A stretch of 64,000 bases of DNA, from positions 32,924,001 to 32,988,000 of the forward strand of contig CM059432.1 of the NCBI GenBank assembly GCA_030390025.1, read 5' to 3'. The DNA comes from Squalus acanthias (lineage: Eukaryota). Positions 36,860 to 51,800 of this stretch are shown piece after piece (position 1 is the stretch's first letter; every line of letters starts with the position of its first letter). The notes under the pieces were generated by a model. The model had not been told where the DNA came from. It saw only the letters and a list, made by a program, of their open reading frames with translations, and searched no databases. A program made the translations under genes and the position numbers.

Positions 36860-39800
36860 GTACTGTGTGGGTATGAAAATATCCTGTGGCATTCCTGACC
36901 AGTTAAGACTAAGCTCTGCCAGTGAGACAGACCCTCAAAATCATGGCGATGTTGCAATCAAATCCACTTCATAGAATAAAGCAATCAGACCTCTGTTATT
37001 TGAGAAAAGACTCACTTTATCTGTTGTAATGTCGGCAAACGGGCAGCCTATTGACACAAAGCAAGGTCTCACAGCAATGAGATAAGTGACCATATAGTGT
37101 ATTTTAGTGATGCTGGCTGAAGGATAATTGTTGACTAGAGCACTGAGAGGATTCACCTTCTCTTCTTCAAATAGTGCCACAGGATCCATCTGAGAGGGCA
37201 GATGGGCCCTTGGTCGAGCAACTCATCTAAAAGACGGCATCTCTGACAGTACCAGCACTCCCTCAGTACTGCACTGAAATGTCAGCCTAGATTATGTGCT
37301 AAGTTTCTGGAGTGGGACTTGAACCCACTGAGCCAAGGCGGACATATGTATGAAATAAATAGCGTGACGGGTATGATGATTTCAACAATTTATATGTCAT
37401 GTATCTGAGCTTCCAGTTGGCCTTCAGTGCTTACAGGAAGGGCTGGACCATCAGGAGAATATGTGTGAAATATATGCATTGGGACTATAGAAATGTTATA
37501 CAAGGAAGACATTGGGTGTAATTTTAACTTTCGGTAATGGTGTAAAACGGACGATATTGAATAAGCTGGCCATTATACATACCATGTAGTTAATGGAAGG
37601 GAAAATCGGAAGAGGTGAATAATGGGGGGGGGGTCAATTCAATATCGCAGTTTTACACCATCGGCCAAAGCTAAAATGACCCCCATTATGTCAGGAATCA
37701 ATATGGTAGGATGAAAGTTTAGACACTCTGGAGCTTTGTTTGACTAACCTGCAGGAAGAAAAAAGTTTGATGGCTGGAATGGCCTTGTCTCATTCCATGT
37801 TTGCTGATGTTCTTTTCTGGATCTACCTTGGTGCCCTAACTCTTTTCTCTAGTTACTGGTAAATTTGTAACGTTTCATTTTATCTGCAGAATCTGAGTGA
37901 AGTGAGTATCTACAGACATCGCTTGCTAATGAAAGAGACAATCTGTAACCCAGATGTGGGAATCTATGAAGCAGATGGTTGCGATTTCAAGAATGAAGGT
38001 GTAAGTGAATTTACGACAGTCCTTTTCCCTCCAATTTTTGTTATGTTTTCTGCCTTTAGCCCTCCAACCCTGAAAGTGAGGTAGGCTACATGGTGCAGAC
38101 CATGTTTGGTAACTCAATCTAGTGACCATTATTCATGTGTGAGTCACTGGATGTAATCAGGGTCAGAAACTCTGTCTGTTTTGTTTTCCCCTCTCCTCAG
38201 GACATTAAAGCCAACTCAAGCTCACATACCAGCAGTGCATCTCCAATTAGCAAACAGACCAGGGATGGAAACTAGAACCTTCATGCTCTTATGGTTCAGT
38301 ACCTGACCACACACAGACTGGCAGCTGACTGATACCATGCCCACGTGCCACTCTTCATGTGTTGACAGGATGCGCAAATGTCTGAGGCATCACAGCTAAT
38401 CTCCACACACTACAGCAACTCCCATCCCGGTGACCTCAAACACCAAGGACAAAAGCAACAGTAATTGTGTAAATACCAGTATCTCCAAGTTCCCCACCAA
38501 GTCACACACCATTCTGACTTGGACATATATCACTGTCCCTACATTATCAGGTCAATCAGCACCTCATCCACTAGTCTAAATGTCTATGCCCTCCACCAGT
38601 GGCGTAATGTGGCTGCAGTGTGTACTAGCTAAGGATGCACTGCAGAAACTCACCATGGCTTCTTCGGCAGCCCCTCCCAAACCTGCGACCTCCACCATCT
38701 AGACGGACAAGGGCATCAGGTGCATGGGAACACCATCACCTCGAAGTTCCCCTCCAAGCCACACACCATCCTGACTTGGACATTTCATCGCTATCCCTTC
38801 AATGTCGTTGGATCAAAATCCTACCTAACAGACTGTGGCAGTACCTTCAGTACACAGCGTACAGCAGTTCAAGAGGAGAAACACCACCACCTTCTCAGGG
38901 CAGCTAGGAATGGGCAATCAATGCTCACATCTCAAGAACAAATCTTTAAAAAGTTACTTTGTGGCAGTGGTCACGTAAATAGCGATCAGGAGCGGGAACC
39001 CTGACTGATTTGTTCCCCTCCCCCATCCAGGTGTGCTGAGACTAATTGCTGTGCCCCTGAAATCAACTTAGAGCATAGAGTAGGAACCGAACGGTGGTCT
39101 TGCGGTTTGGTACGACTCTGGGCAGTGTCTTTCGCCATTAAGCCATTGTTATCTACTGGTTAAGTTGCAGATGCATGCTCACAAAAACATGTTAACGCTA
39201 TTGACTGCGCATTGATTGCCCATTCCTCGTTGCCCTGCGAAGGTGGTGGTGTGCCACTCAGAAGATTCCATTAAAATGACACAATGCTTTAATTTTCTTC
39301 ACACCAGGTGACAATGACATGTACAACGCGGGTGATTGTTCTAAAACATTCCCCCACACAACCTCGTGTACTTTCCATCAACTGCAGCACTGTTACCCCT
39401 CAGGTAAGACTGATAGTCGTATCAACGCAAAGAAAGAAAGGCTTGCATTTACATAGTGCCTTTCACGACCTCAAGACGTCCCAAAGCGCTTTACAGCCAA
39501 TTCAGTACTTTTGAAATGTAGTCACGAATGTAATGTAAGCAAAAAATGATTCAATTTGACAGTGGACTTTGAACAGCTGGTTATGAAATCCTTTGATAAG
39601 CCCTAAATCTCAAAACAAACAGTTCATGATTGCGAAGTCCGCTGTTAGCCGTTTAAGGATCAAACCCACCACCTCCTCCAGGCAGTCATGGCTCATTGGT
39701 AGCACTCTTGCCTCTGAGTCAGAGGGCTGTGGGTTCATGTCCCACTCCAGAGACTTGAGCACAAAATCTAAGCGGACATTCCAGTGCAGTACTGAGGGAG

Positions 39801-42800
39801 CGCTGCACTGTCGGAGGTGCCGTCTTTCAGATGAGGCGTTAAACGGAGGCCCATGGCACTGTTTTGAAGAAGAGCAGGGGAATTTTCCCTGGTATCTTGG
39901 CCAATATTTGTCCCTCAACCAACATCACAAAAACAGATTATCCAGTCATTATCACATTGCTGTTTGTCGGACCTTGCTGTGTGCAAATTGGCTGCCGTAT
40001 TTCCTAGGTTACAACAGTGACAACACATCAAAAGTAATTCATTACCTGTAAGGGATGTCCTGAGCTCATGAAAGGTGCTACATGAATGCAAGTTCTTTCT
40101 TTTCTTCTTTACAAAATAAACAAGCACTGCAAAATTTCAAAATGCAAAGTTTCACTAGGAAGATAATCCAGTGATGTTGTATACGGGGCCATCAAATATA
40201 CTGTGCCATGGAATGATAGACAGGGCACATGCTGCCTGCTGCAAGTTCCACATCTTAGCTAAAAGAAAGAAATAAAGAAAGACTAATCTAATTGAATTTT
40301 TTGATGAAGTAACAGGATTGATGAAGGGATTGCAATGGATGTTGTCTACATGGATTTTAGGAAGGCGTTTGACAAAGTACCACATGGAAGGCTGCTTAAC
40401 ATAATTGAGGCTCATGGAATAGTTGGGTCAGCGGCAGCTTGGATAAGGAATTGGCTTAAGGACAGAAAACAGCGAGTTGTGGTAAATGGCTGTTTTTCAG
40501 ACTGGAGGATGGCAGACAGTGGTGTTCCCCAGGGGTCAGTGCTGGGGCCACTGGTTTTTTTGATATATATAAATGACCTGGATATTGAAATACAGAGTAG
40601 AATTTCTAAATTTGCCGACGACACCAAACTTGGGGGTGTGGCAAACAGTGAGGATGATACCAATTGACTGCAACAGGACATAGAAAGGCAAGCAGAATGG
40701 GCAGACAAGTGGCAGATAGAATTTAATAGAGAAGTGTGAGGTGATGCATTTTGGCAGAAGGAACAGGGAGAGGCAATATACACTTACTAGCACAGTTTTA
40801 AAGAGTGTGCAGGGACAGAGGGACCTGGGAGTTAATGTGCATAGGTCCCTGAAGGTGTCAGGACATATTGAGAGAGTGGTTAGCAAAGCATATGGGATCT
40901 TGGGCTTCATAAATAGAGGTATTGAGTACAAAAGTAGAGACGTTATGCTTATCCTTTATTAAGTGCTGGTTAGGCCAAAACTGGAGTATTGCGTCCAGTT
41001 CTGGTCACCACACTTTAGGAAGGATGTGAAGGCCCTCGAGAGGGTGCAGAGGAGATTTACCAGAATGGTTCCAGGGATGGGGGATCTTAGCTACAAGGAC
41101 AGGTTGGAGAAGCTGGATTTGTTTTCATTAGAGCAAAGGAGGTTGAGGGGTGATTTGATAGGGGTGTACAAGATTATGACGGGATTGGATAGGCTAGACG
41201 GGGAAAGGCTGTTCCCACTAGTTAATGGTACAAGGACTAGGGGACACAGATTTCAGGTTTTGGCCAAGAGATACAGGGGGATGTGAGGAAAATCTTTTTT
41301 ACGCAGCGAGTGGTGAGGACCTGGAACTCGCTGCCGACGGAAGTGGTGGAAGCGGACACACTCAATGTTTTCAAGGGGAGACTGGATAGGCACTTGAGGG
41401 AAATAAACTTGCAGGGCTACGGGGATAGAGCAGGGGAATGGGACTGACTGGATTGCTCTGCAGAGAGCCGGCGCGGACTCAATGGGCTGATGGCCTCCTT
41501 CTGTGCTGTTATGACTCAATGGGGTAAAAATTCAGTTGGTTGCGCCTCCCGTTAGCGCCTTAAGAGGGCGCTAATGGGGCGCAAAGCCGCTAACGCCCGG
41601 GCGCAGCGATGTTTGCGCCGCTCGGGAACTTAACTAGAGATTGTGCGGCGGCGCTAAACCTTACCGCTGCGACCACCTGCGCGCGCAGATTGTGACGTCA
41701 TTCCATGGTGCAACGCCCTTGTGGCTCCCCGGAGCGGAAATTGAGTGGCGCCCCCTGCCTTACCGCCTGGCGCATCCAACGACCGGAAGACTGGAACGCT
41801 ATCAATCGCTGTGGGGCTGGGGGGGGCGCTATTTAAAGGGGGCCTCTTCCTGTCTTTTTCTGTGGTGGACATTTTTGCACCACTCGTTCTGAGAGAGAGA
41901 GAGAGATTCGGAGAGAGAGAAAGAGAGACTTCCGCATTGACTCAACGCTTTGTGAGGTAGTTTTGCCTACTGATCCTAACTTCGCTAGTACTTTAGTTGC
42001 TGTCCTTCATTACTTTGCTGGCAAAGAGACTATGGGGGCTGCACTGATTGGGGGCGTCGTCCTGCTCCAGCTGAATCGGAGGACACAGAGACGCAGAGAG
42101 AGAGAGGCAATGATGGCCAGACGGAGGAGGGCCAACAGGCGTATGTACAGGAGAGCTTACCCTCCCAGGGTATATCGTGAACAGCTCTCCTACCTTCATA
42201 TGTCTGAGGAGCTGTGTTTGCGAAGGCTGCGATTCAGCAAGGAGGTGGTCACTGAGCTCTGCCACCTGCTGCAGCCAGATCTGCAGCCTCAACTGAGGTC
42301 CAGGACGTCTCTGTCGGTGGCAGTGAAGGTCACAGTGGCTCTCAACTTCTACGCTACTGGCTCATTTCAAGCTGCTGCTGGGGACCTCGCCAATATCTCC
42401 CAGTTCGCGGTGCATTGCTGCATCCGGCAGGTCACAAATGCCCTCTTTAAAAGGAGACGAGAGTTCATCTCTTTCCCCATGACCCCAGACAAGCAGCGTG
42501 ACCGCGCTCTGGGCTTTGCGAGGGTAGCGGGCTTCCCCATGGTGCAGGGCGCCATTGACTGCACGCATGTGGCTTTGCGTGCTCCGCATGAGAATGCCGA
42601 GGAATTCCGGAACAGAAAGGGGTTCCATTCCTTGAATGTTCAGTTGGTCTGTGACCACAGACAGCTGATACTCGCTGTCAATGCCCACTATCCTGGCAGC
42701 TGCCACGATGCTTTTATCCTGCGCCAGACTACTGTGGCAGAACTTTGAGGCACCGCATCAGCCAGTTTGTTGGCTTCTCGGGGACAAGGGGTACGCATTG

Positions 42801-45800
42801 AGCACCTGGCTGATGACACCGCTCCGTACGCCCAACACCCCTGCTGAGCTGCGGTACAATGAGAGCCATCAAGCTACCAGGAACATAACTGAGCGCACAA
42901 TCGGCGTGCTGAAGCAACGGTTCCGCTGTCTCGACCATTCAGGAGGAGCCCTGCAGTACTCGCCTGAGCGAGTATCCAACTTCGTAGTTGTGTGCTGCAT
43001 GTTGCATAACATGGCAATCCTCAGGACCCAGCCAATGCCACCAGGCCTTGGAGCACCACCAGAGGAGGAGGAGGAAGAGGAGGAAGAGGACGAGGAGGAT
43101 GATCATCAGCAGCACCAAGGCGGGAGGGCGGCCCACAATGGTGAAACTGCAAGGGCCGTCCGTCAATGGCTAATAGCAAGCCGCTTCTAGGGCCCCTGCT
43201 GTGGAAATTGCTTCAGCCATTGCTAACAACATCAATGAACCCAGCACGCAACCCCTAAGCCGGCCAAGGCACCAATAATTCCAACCACCAACCATGTATA
43301 TTTTGAATACAGAAACTTATTTATTTTACAAACTCTGTGTGTGTCAATTCCTCATGACAAACTCATAGAAATAAACACAAAAAAACAGTCAATAACATAA
43401 CTGGTTCTCACAACCTGGAGATAATGTCCAAAACACTAAACAAAAGTTGGACCATGAACCTCGACCTTTAATAAAAAAATGACCAGCATTTTGTCACACC
43501 TCCTACTTTTTGCCCTTCGAGGGTGATCTCCTTCCCTTGCGCACTTCCCCCCTTCTAACCCTACTGCTCCTCCATAATGGGACCTCAGTGGCTGCAGCAA
43601 GGCTGGTGGAAGGCTGCTGCTCGTCAGACCCTGACACTGCAGATGCCCCTGAAGGACGGCCTCGACCAGTTCTGGGCCTGGAGGGCCCGGCTGCAGACTG
43701 CACCAACTCTGCATGGGCGGCAGCAGTCTGTCCTACAGGCGGTGGCAAGTGCAGTGGAGAAGTGACAGTGTTGGCAGCAGGAATGCTGTCATCGTGAGAG
43801 AGGACAGCAACTCCCTGCTCGCCTGACACACTGGCACTCCCACGGGGCAGCACTTCAGCATCCGGAGCAATCTGCTGGAGAACAGATTGCTGGCCTGCTG
43901 CGGCGCGGTGACAGCCCCGGGGACATGTGAACGAACCATCGAGGTTGGCAGCAGTCTGTGCTCGCGTGGCCTCAATCTGAGTCTGCATGAGAGCAGTCAG
44001 AGATGGGATCACGGCAGCCAGTGACTGAATTGCAGCACTAAGCGTTAGTGTGGCATCCGCCTGTGCTACAGCGAAGTGCTCCACACTCCTTGCCAGTGAC
44101 TCAATGCATTCGGGCACCCTTCCCACTGCACCCATGAGCTCAGTGTGCATGCCCACCGCCTGGGTGTTCATTTCTGCGATCAGCCGCTCCTCCTCTGCGT
44201 CCATTGCAGTAGGAGTGTCTGGCATACTCTCCCTCTGGGGAGAAGGCCCCCGTTCTTCCCTACCCCCATGGCGTTGCTGCAGCCCGCTGGGTCCTGGAGC
44301 TTCACCCTCATCAGACCCTTCCCCCCTGCTCCCCTCCAGGGAAGGCGTGTTCCCAGTGTGGGCATGGGCTTCCTCGGGAGAGGGTGGCACTGATGCTCCG
44401 GCTTCCTCTTCCTCCTCGGCTGCAGCTTCACTCCCAGTGGCAGCTTCAGGGCCCGTCTCCTCAGCTGGTGAATCACCATCTGAAAGCAGGGAGGTACAAG
44501 AGTGGCTTTAGCGTGAGGACAGGGTGGCAGTAAGGGAGGAATAAGTGCAGCGAGTTAGCAAGTTGGATTGAAAGTGTCAAAGGCTGGTGTTGTGAGGGAC
44601 AAGTGGAAGGACAGAGGACAAAAAGGTGATGACCTTACCATTGCTGTCCAGAACGGGGTCGGCGTCTCCAGTGGCGACGGGACCGATCACCCGGCTTGCC
44701 ACAATCCTGTTGACGCGCTCCTCAAGATTGCTGAGGGGTTGCAGCTGAGGCCGCCCTCCACCTGTCCGTTGCTGCTGTCTCCGATTACGCGCCAGCTTGG
44801 CCTGTAAGAAAAAGGACAGCATCTGAGTAAATATACAGCCATGGTCTTGCCTGATGTGCCTCCCATAGGTGAATAGCCCTTACTGTATGCAGCCATGGTC
44901 TTGCCTGATGTGCCTCCCATAGGTGAATAGCCCTTACTGTATGCAGCCATGGTCTTGCCTGATGTGCCTCCCATAGGTGAATAGCCCTTACTGTATGCAA
45001 AGTGTGGAATGTGTGTGTGTGTTTCATGAAAGGGCCATAGGTGTTGGATGAGTGTTGTGCATTGGGGTTTTAAGACCCTCTGGCCATAGAGTGAGGTTGA
45101 GATGGAGGGATGGAGAGGTATTGAGAAAAAGCCACTCACCCTGACGACCCGAGTGAGGTCGTTGAACTTTTTGCGGCATTGAGTATGGGTCCTGGGCACC
45201 ATGCTCCTGGAGGAGACGCTCTGAGCCACCTCCCTCCACACTCTTCTGAACTCGCGTGGCAAAGGCCTCCTGCCACTCTCAGGGAAGAGTATACATCTTC
45301 TGCGCTCCACCGCGCCAACCAGAGCATCCAAGGCCCGCTCGGTGAAGCGATGAGCTCGTTCTCTCACCCTCTCCATCCTTGGCAGCAAAATGGATTCACA
45401 GGTCTCTCCAGGCCGAGATTCAAGGCTGCAATGAGCAGGGTGTGGCTGGGGAGCAAGTTGGTTCCCCCCCGCTTTAAGAAGTGGCCGGCGCCAGTGTGTC
45501 TGTGTTCCCTCGCTAACTGGCAGCAGCTGCGCTGCGCTCGCGCGCTGAGTTAGCGCCTCACTGCTCGGCCTTTGCGCCTTAAGACAGGTGTGCAGCGCCT
45601 GATTTAGCGCTCCACCCACCTCCCGGGGCGGTAAAAGTGAAGTTTCCAGTCAGTGGCGATAATTAGCGCCAGGCGCTAATATTTGCGTCCAGACGATATT
45701 TGCGCCCCAAATGGGGCGCGACCTAATTTTTCCCCCTACGACTATGACTCTATGACTTGCATTTATATAGCGCCTTTCACGACCTACCGAACGTCCCAAA

Positions 45801-48800
45801 GCACTTTACAGCCAATGAAGTACTTTTTGAAGTGCAGTCACTGTTGTAATGTAGGAAACGAGGCAGCCAATTTGCGTACAGCAAGGTCTCACAAACAGCA
45901 ATGTGATAATGACCAGTTAATCTGTTTTAGTGATATTGATTGAGGGCTAAATATTGGCCAGGACACCGGGGAGAACTCCCTGCTCCTCTTCGAAATAGTG
46001 CCATGGGATCTTTTACGTCCACCTGAGAGAGCAGACGGGGCCTCGGTTTAACGCCTCATCCGAAAGATGGCACCTCCGACAGTGCAGCACTCCCTCAGTA
46101 CTGTACTGGAGTGTCAGCCTAGATTTTTTGTGCTCAAGTCACTGGAGTGGGACTTGAACCCACAACCTTCTGACTTAGAGGCGAGGGTGCTACCAATTTT
46201 TTGTTTATTATATAATTTGTTGAACATTAAGAACATTTACAACATCGTGATCATTCCATTGTATCATTCAAATCCATTCCGTCGCTCTGCACAGCCATTC
46301 CTCCACCACATATTAACATCAAAACCTGAAGTTTAATTTGTCTCCCGTAACATATATTAATCGATTGTACTTTAAAAATTGATCATAAAATACTATCTTT
46401 AAATTCCTTTCTGAATAAAACATCCACAGAGCCTTATAATGATCTTTTAGTTTATATTTAAAATACTGTTTTGGATTGATTCTCCTCCCCTTAAAAACCA
46501 GAGCATTCCTTCTTTGCACAGTCACAAATCTAGCCAAATTGAACATTATCCGCTAGACTCGGCCAGACTCTCCTGCAATCCCCATCTCAAAATTGAGTCC
46601 CACGGGATTCACATTCTCGCTCTTCGGTCCCCACCCAGCAAAAAAACCTCACACAACTGTCGAACATAGTACTTAAAATCATTTAACTGCGGACATAACA
46701 CCAGTAAATGGGACAGGGTCTCATCCCGTGTCCCACACACTGGGCAAGTTGCCCCCTCCACTCGCCCAATCTTACACAAGACCATCATGGTAAAAATCTG
46801 GTTCAATCCACTCTGGACATTTAAAATTCGCCCACACTCCCTTCCAAATCCTGTTGAAGTCCAGCTGTGGGTATTTCCTCTGCCAAAACTCCTGACCAGC
46901 AGGTGTCTTGAATCTCCATTCTCTAAATACCTCATAGAAATCTCAAGTATTATAGTTGTCAATTGGACCAACTCTCCCCCTTTCTCCAGCAGAAAGCTTG
47001 GAAAAGCGGGACGCATTTTACTTCCTTTGGAGATTTCCGCATTTATTTCTTCCATCCAATCCTGTGGCATTGCCCTCACAATCTTCTCATACATGATCAT
47101 AATTGCTTTTTCCTCTACCTCCTGATCCTCCTCCCACACCATGTCCCTCACTACCGCTTCCGGCAACCAACCTGGAATTACCTCATATAATACATCTTTC
47201 ACACATATACCAGCTTTTATAAAAGCTTGATTAAATAATACCTCTCCTTCAATGTTGACCCACCTGTTCAAAAATAAGGGCTGTTCTAAAAATTCCTCAG
47301 CACCCTTAGGCATAAACTGCACACTTTTTAAAAATTGGGCCCAAGTCTCTACAACCCCCTTATAAAACCTAGGGAGAGGTTTAATCGATTTCAAAAACAT
47401 ATTATTGTATTCCATATACAATATCCCCTGCCCTCCTATCCCACTTCGTTTAAAAAAATGCTCAAAACAACTCTTCCAAAAACTTGTATTTGACTTCTGA
47501 AGAAATCTCTTCACCCATTTGATTCTAAAGGATTTTTTCTTCAAATCAATATCTGGGAAATTGAGTCCTCCCTGATTTCTCCATCCAATGATGGTGTTGT
47601 AAGCAACCAAGGCTGGTTTCCCTTCCCATAAAAACCTCACACAAGCCTCTCGGATGGACTTTTCCGCCCATTCAGGAATATCTTCCACCGTCAATAAATA
47701 CCATAGCTTGGATAGCAGGAGAGCGGACACCACTGTCGCTGTTCCTTGCACTTTCAACTACCTTCTTTCCCATCTTCCCAAAATCTTTTTAATTTTCATA
47801 ACCTTTGGTTTCCAATTTAATCGATCCACTTCATCCCTGTCTTTCTTGCACCCCATATGCACCCCCAGAACTTCCCAAACCTCCACCACCTTAAAGGGAC
47901 TTTCCTCCAACCATTCCCCCCTACCCCTTCCTGCAACCAGGCATTGGGACTTACTATAATTCACTCTGGTTCTTGAAGCTCTACAATATTCCTCCACTAC
48001 GTCCATAGCTTTCCTAACTGACTCCCCATTTCTCAATGTTAAGATTGTGTCATCTGCATATTGGTGTATCAGCGACACCAGCCCAGAACTGGGAACCGCA
48101 ATTCCAACTACACCTTGTTTCTTTCGCATCATGTAACCTGATGGCTCTGCTACCAATGTGTACAACAATGGGGACAGGGGACAACCCCGTCTCACTGACT
48201 TCTGTATCAGAAAATATTTGGATAAAAAACCATTACATTTAACGCAGCTAAATATGTTTGAATAAAAAATCCTTATCCACTCAATGAAATTTTTCCTGAA
48301 ACCAAATGCTTCCAAAACCATCAATAAAAACTCATGAGACCTTATCAAAGGCTTTCTCTTGATCTATCTTTAATACATAAGCCTCCCTCCCACTCTCTTC
48401 CATGGGTTCTATCGCATCTCGGATTGAGACCACAGAGTCTGCGATGTCCCGGCATATGACTCCATAGGACTGAGAGGGCAAAACTATCTGCGGCAACACC
48501 TCCTTCACACGATTTGTCATAACCCTTGCCAAGATCTTATAATCCACATTTAATAATGTGATGGGCCTCCAATTCTTCAGATCCCTTCTATCCCCTTTAT
48601 TTTTATAAGCTAAGCTTATGACACCTCTTCTCATAGATGGGGCCAGGCTTCCCTCAATTTTAATCTCCTTAAAAAGCTCTAAGAGCAATAGACTTAAAAT
48701 CTCAAAAAATTCTTTATAAAATTCTGCACTTAGTCCATCGGACTCTGGGCTTTTCCCCCCCTTCATTCCACTTATTGCTACTTTTATTTCCGCTAATCCT

Positions 48801-51800
48801 ACTTCTTTGTCACACATGCTTCTCTCATCCTCCTTTAAACCCTCTTCAATAAAAGCACTAACCTTCTCCATCGTCAAATTGGAAATGTCTTCTTTTGTAT
48901 CTAACTCTTGATAAAAGCTGTTAGCCGCCTCTACAATCTCCCCACTTTCATTAATGATCTTCTCCCCAACCTTCAACTCTCCAATTAATGATAATCTCTA
49001 TCGCAGCTTCTCTTGCTCTAGAAAATATCTAGTGCATCTTTCGCCCTCCAATGCTCTTTAGCCTTTGCACAGAGAATGGCCCCCTCGCATTTTTCAGCTT
49101 GCAATAATTCCCACTCTTCCTTTAAAACCTGGAACTTAGTCTCAGCTCCCTTATCCCCTCCGTCAACTGCTTTACAGACATCCGTATCTTCTCGACGCCG
49201 GTTAGCTGCCGCTCTCTCTTTCCCATAATGTACCGAAAAAACTTTTACCTCATATTTGAAATTGTCCCACCAAACTCTTCTTTCTTTCAAGAACAAAGGT
49301 TCCTTCCGAGCATTCTTTATTATATTTAAAATCCCTTCTTTGTAAGCAATTTCTTTCAGGTATTGATTGTTTAAAATCCACACCCCTGGACCGATCTTAA
49401 CTCTGCTGTTCCTAATTCTAAGAGTCAAAGCCGAGTGGTCACTAAAAAATACTTTTTTATAATAAATCTCCATCACCTCAGAACTTAACCCTTCCCGCAT
49501 TAACACAAAATCTATTTGGCTTTGTTTTAAAACATCACCCACCCAACTTGTTCTGGAGAACTCCCTTTTTATAGGGTTCCGATCCCTCCATAAGTTTCTC
49601 AAATTTAAATTTGCCATCATTTTTACAATCATCCCTCTGGAGTTATCATCCTTAAAGGTCATCTGGGCTGAAATGTCCATCCGAGATAAAAATACATAAA
49701 AATCCCCCACTATACAAGGGTTTTCCACCTCTGCCACTTCAGTGAATAACCACCGAAAAAACTCGCGCCGCTGCAATGGTCGTTGGTGCATCGATATTAA
49801 AGAGATCACAATTAAATTCCTCCATTTTTACCCTTAGCCGTAAAAAATCTCCCCTCAGTGTTCTTATCCACCAAGGCAACGTTCTCTTTTATGGACGGAC
49901 TCACCAAAACAGCCACCCTCTACGGTTATTGTTTGCACAACTTGCAAACACCTCCCCCTTCCAAACCTTCCGAACTCTTTCTAGGATATCCTCATCCCAA
50001 AAGGTTTCTTGCAGACACAACAAGTCAGTGCCTTTAAAACACTGCAACAACTGCCGCAATTTCTTCTCACCCCTCAGTCCGTTCACATTAATCGAGACCA
50101 ATGTAATCATGGCTCCGAATAAGGGAAGTATGCCTGATAATCTCCCCATCATTTAATCTCTGGCCCTTCCCTCCTCTCATGCTCCTTCTCAACTTTTCGG
50201 GCAGCTGTTGCTTTTTCCTGCAGCCTCCGGCTCTTTTTCACCTCCTGTTTGAAACTTCCCTGCTGTTTCAGCCTCTTCCTTGCATTAGGTTTGGGCCGAG
50301 GAGCTGCCCCTTTTCCCTCCTTCTGCCCCTCACTAACTTTTCCCTTTCCACACGATGACACCCCACCCCTCACTTCCATGTCTCTGTCCCCCTCTGATTC
50401 CTCACTCTCGAGCTCTTCTGTGACCTTCTGTTCCTGCTCCCCGTCAGATACATCATCTCCCATAGAGAGTCTTCCTGCTATCGCGGTTTCTCCAACAATG
50501 TCGCTCCCTTCGGCCTCATCATCCCTTGCTCTCTGATCCGTCTCTCTCTGGGACAATGGCGCACCAATATTGCTCCCTTCTGGCGTTTTTGTCTCGCCGC
50601 TCCCGTCCTGCTGCCCCTTTAAGGCTCCTGCCTCTTGCACCCTCTCCTCGTCTTGTCCCCTCCTGCTCACCGAGATGTCCAACTCCCCGTCTTTCTTTGG
50701 AGTACTTACATTGACCATGCACCCCACTCCAGCCTCCTCTCCCCCCGCGGACACCAGATTCTTTAGGGAGAGCCGAGCGGTATTATGGCTCGACTCTGCC
50801 CTCGACCCGTGCTGCTCTCTGCTGTCTTTGTCCTTTTCCACCGTACTTGGTGTGTTTTCCACCATCTCCATCCTGTTCTCTGCGCCGCAATTTTCTGCCT
50901 CTTCCTGCGCTCTTTTCTCCTTCAATTCACCAGCTGTGTCCCCCGCCTGCTCTGCTCCTCCGGCCATTCCACTCACACCTCCTGCTCCTTCTCCCATCTC
51001 CTCATCACTCATAGAACTTCCTTCTGCCTCACACTCACAGTGGGTGGGGCCTTTGTGACACACCCCACAGCTCTCCGCCTTGCAGCTCCGAGCGATGTGT
51101 CCAGACTCGCCGCAATTGTAACAGTACAAGGCAGGGCAGTTTCTTACAAGATGGTCGTGTCCAAGACAATAATAACAAACCTTCACTTGGTTATCACACA
51201 GTACTCAGAAGTATTGCACTCCTTCCATTGTCTCAAATTTCATGCTGTACGGTAATGACTTCACCCCCTCAGGGATCCGCACCTTTACGTAATGGGTTCC
51301 ATCTGCTACCCGTGTTCCTGGATAGTACCTCCTCTTTAATGCCGAGCAAATTTTAATGTCCCATGACTCCAACTTTTTGATTAGCACCTCGTCCTCAATA
51401 TAAACCGGCAAGTTTAAGAATGAGACAGGCTCCTCCTGTACTATGTTGGAAGTCAGGGACACTTTAGGTGTCCAGGGCGAACACATGTGCAGGAAGTGTC
51501 TCCAGCTGCAGCTACTCGAAATCCGCGTTTTGGAGCTGGAGCTGCGGCTGGAGTCACTGTGGAGCATCCGCGAGGCTGAGATCTTCGTGGATAGCACGTT
51601 TAACAAGGTGATCACACCGCAGGTAAAAAGTGCACAGGCAGACAGGGAATGGGTGACCACCAGACAGAGTAAAAGAACTAGGAAGGTAGTGCAGAAGTCC
51701 CCTGGGTCCATCTCCCTCTCCGACAGATTTTCTGTTTTGGATACTGATGGGGGAGAGGGTTTCTCAGGGGAATGCAGCAAGTGGCAAGTCCATGGCACTA

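Larger units (their letters stand above)
41521..45736. mobile_element. Full-length PIF/Harbinger DNA transposon
   Basis: TIR gggg(t/g)aaaaatt; convergent transposase and Myb/SANT genes. Confidence 0.93.

Noticed and set aside
36683..39403. Assignment as SPP2 (secreted phosphoprotein 24)
   Set aside because: No separate signal-peptide exon, no Ser-rich tract after the fourth Cys, and the CDFKxxG motif fits cathelin better; not formally excluded without an HMM search
44836..44998. CRISPR-like regular repeats
   Set aside because: No spacers, and the context is eukaryotic
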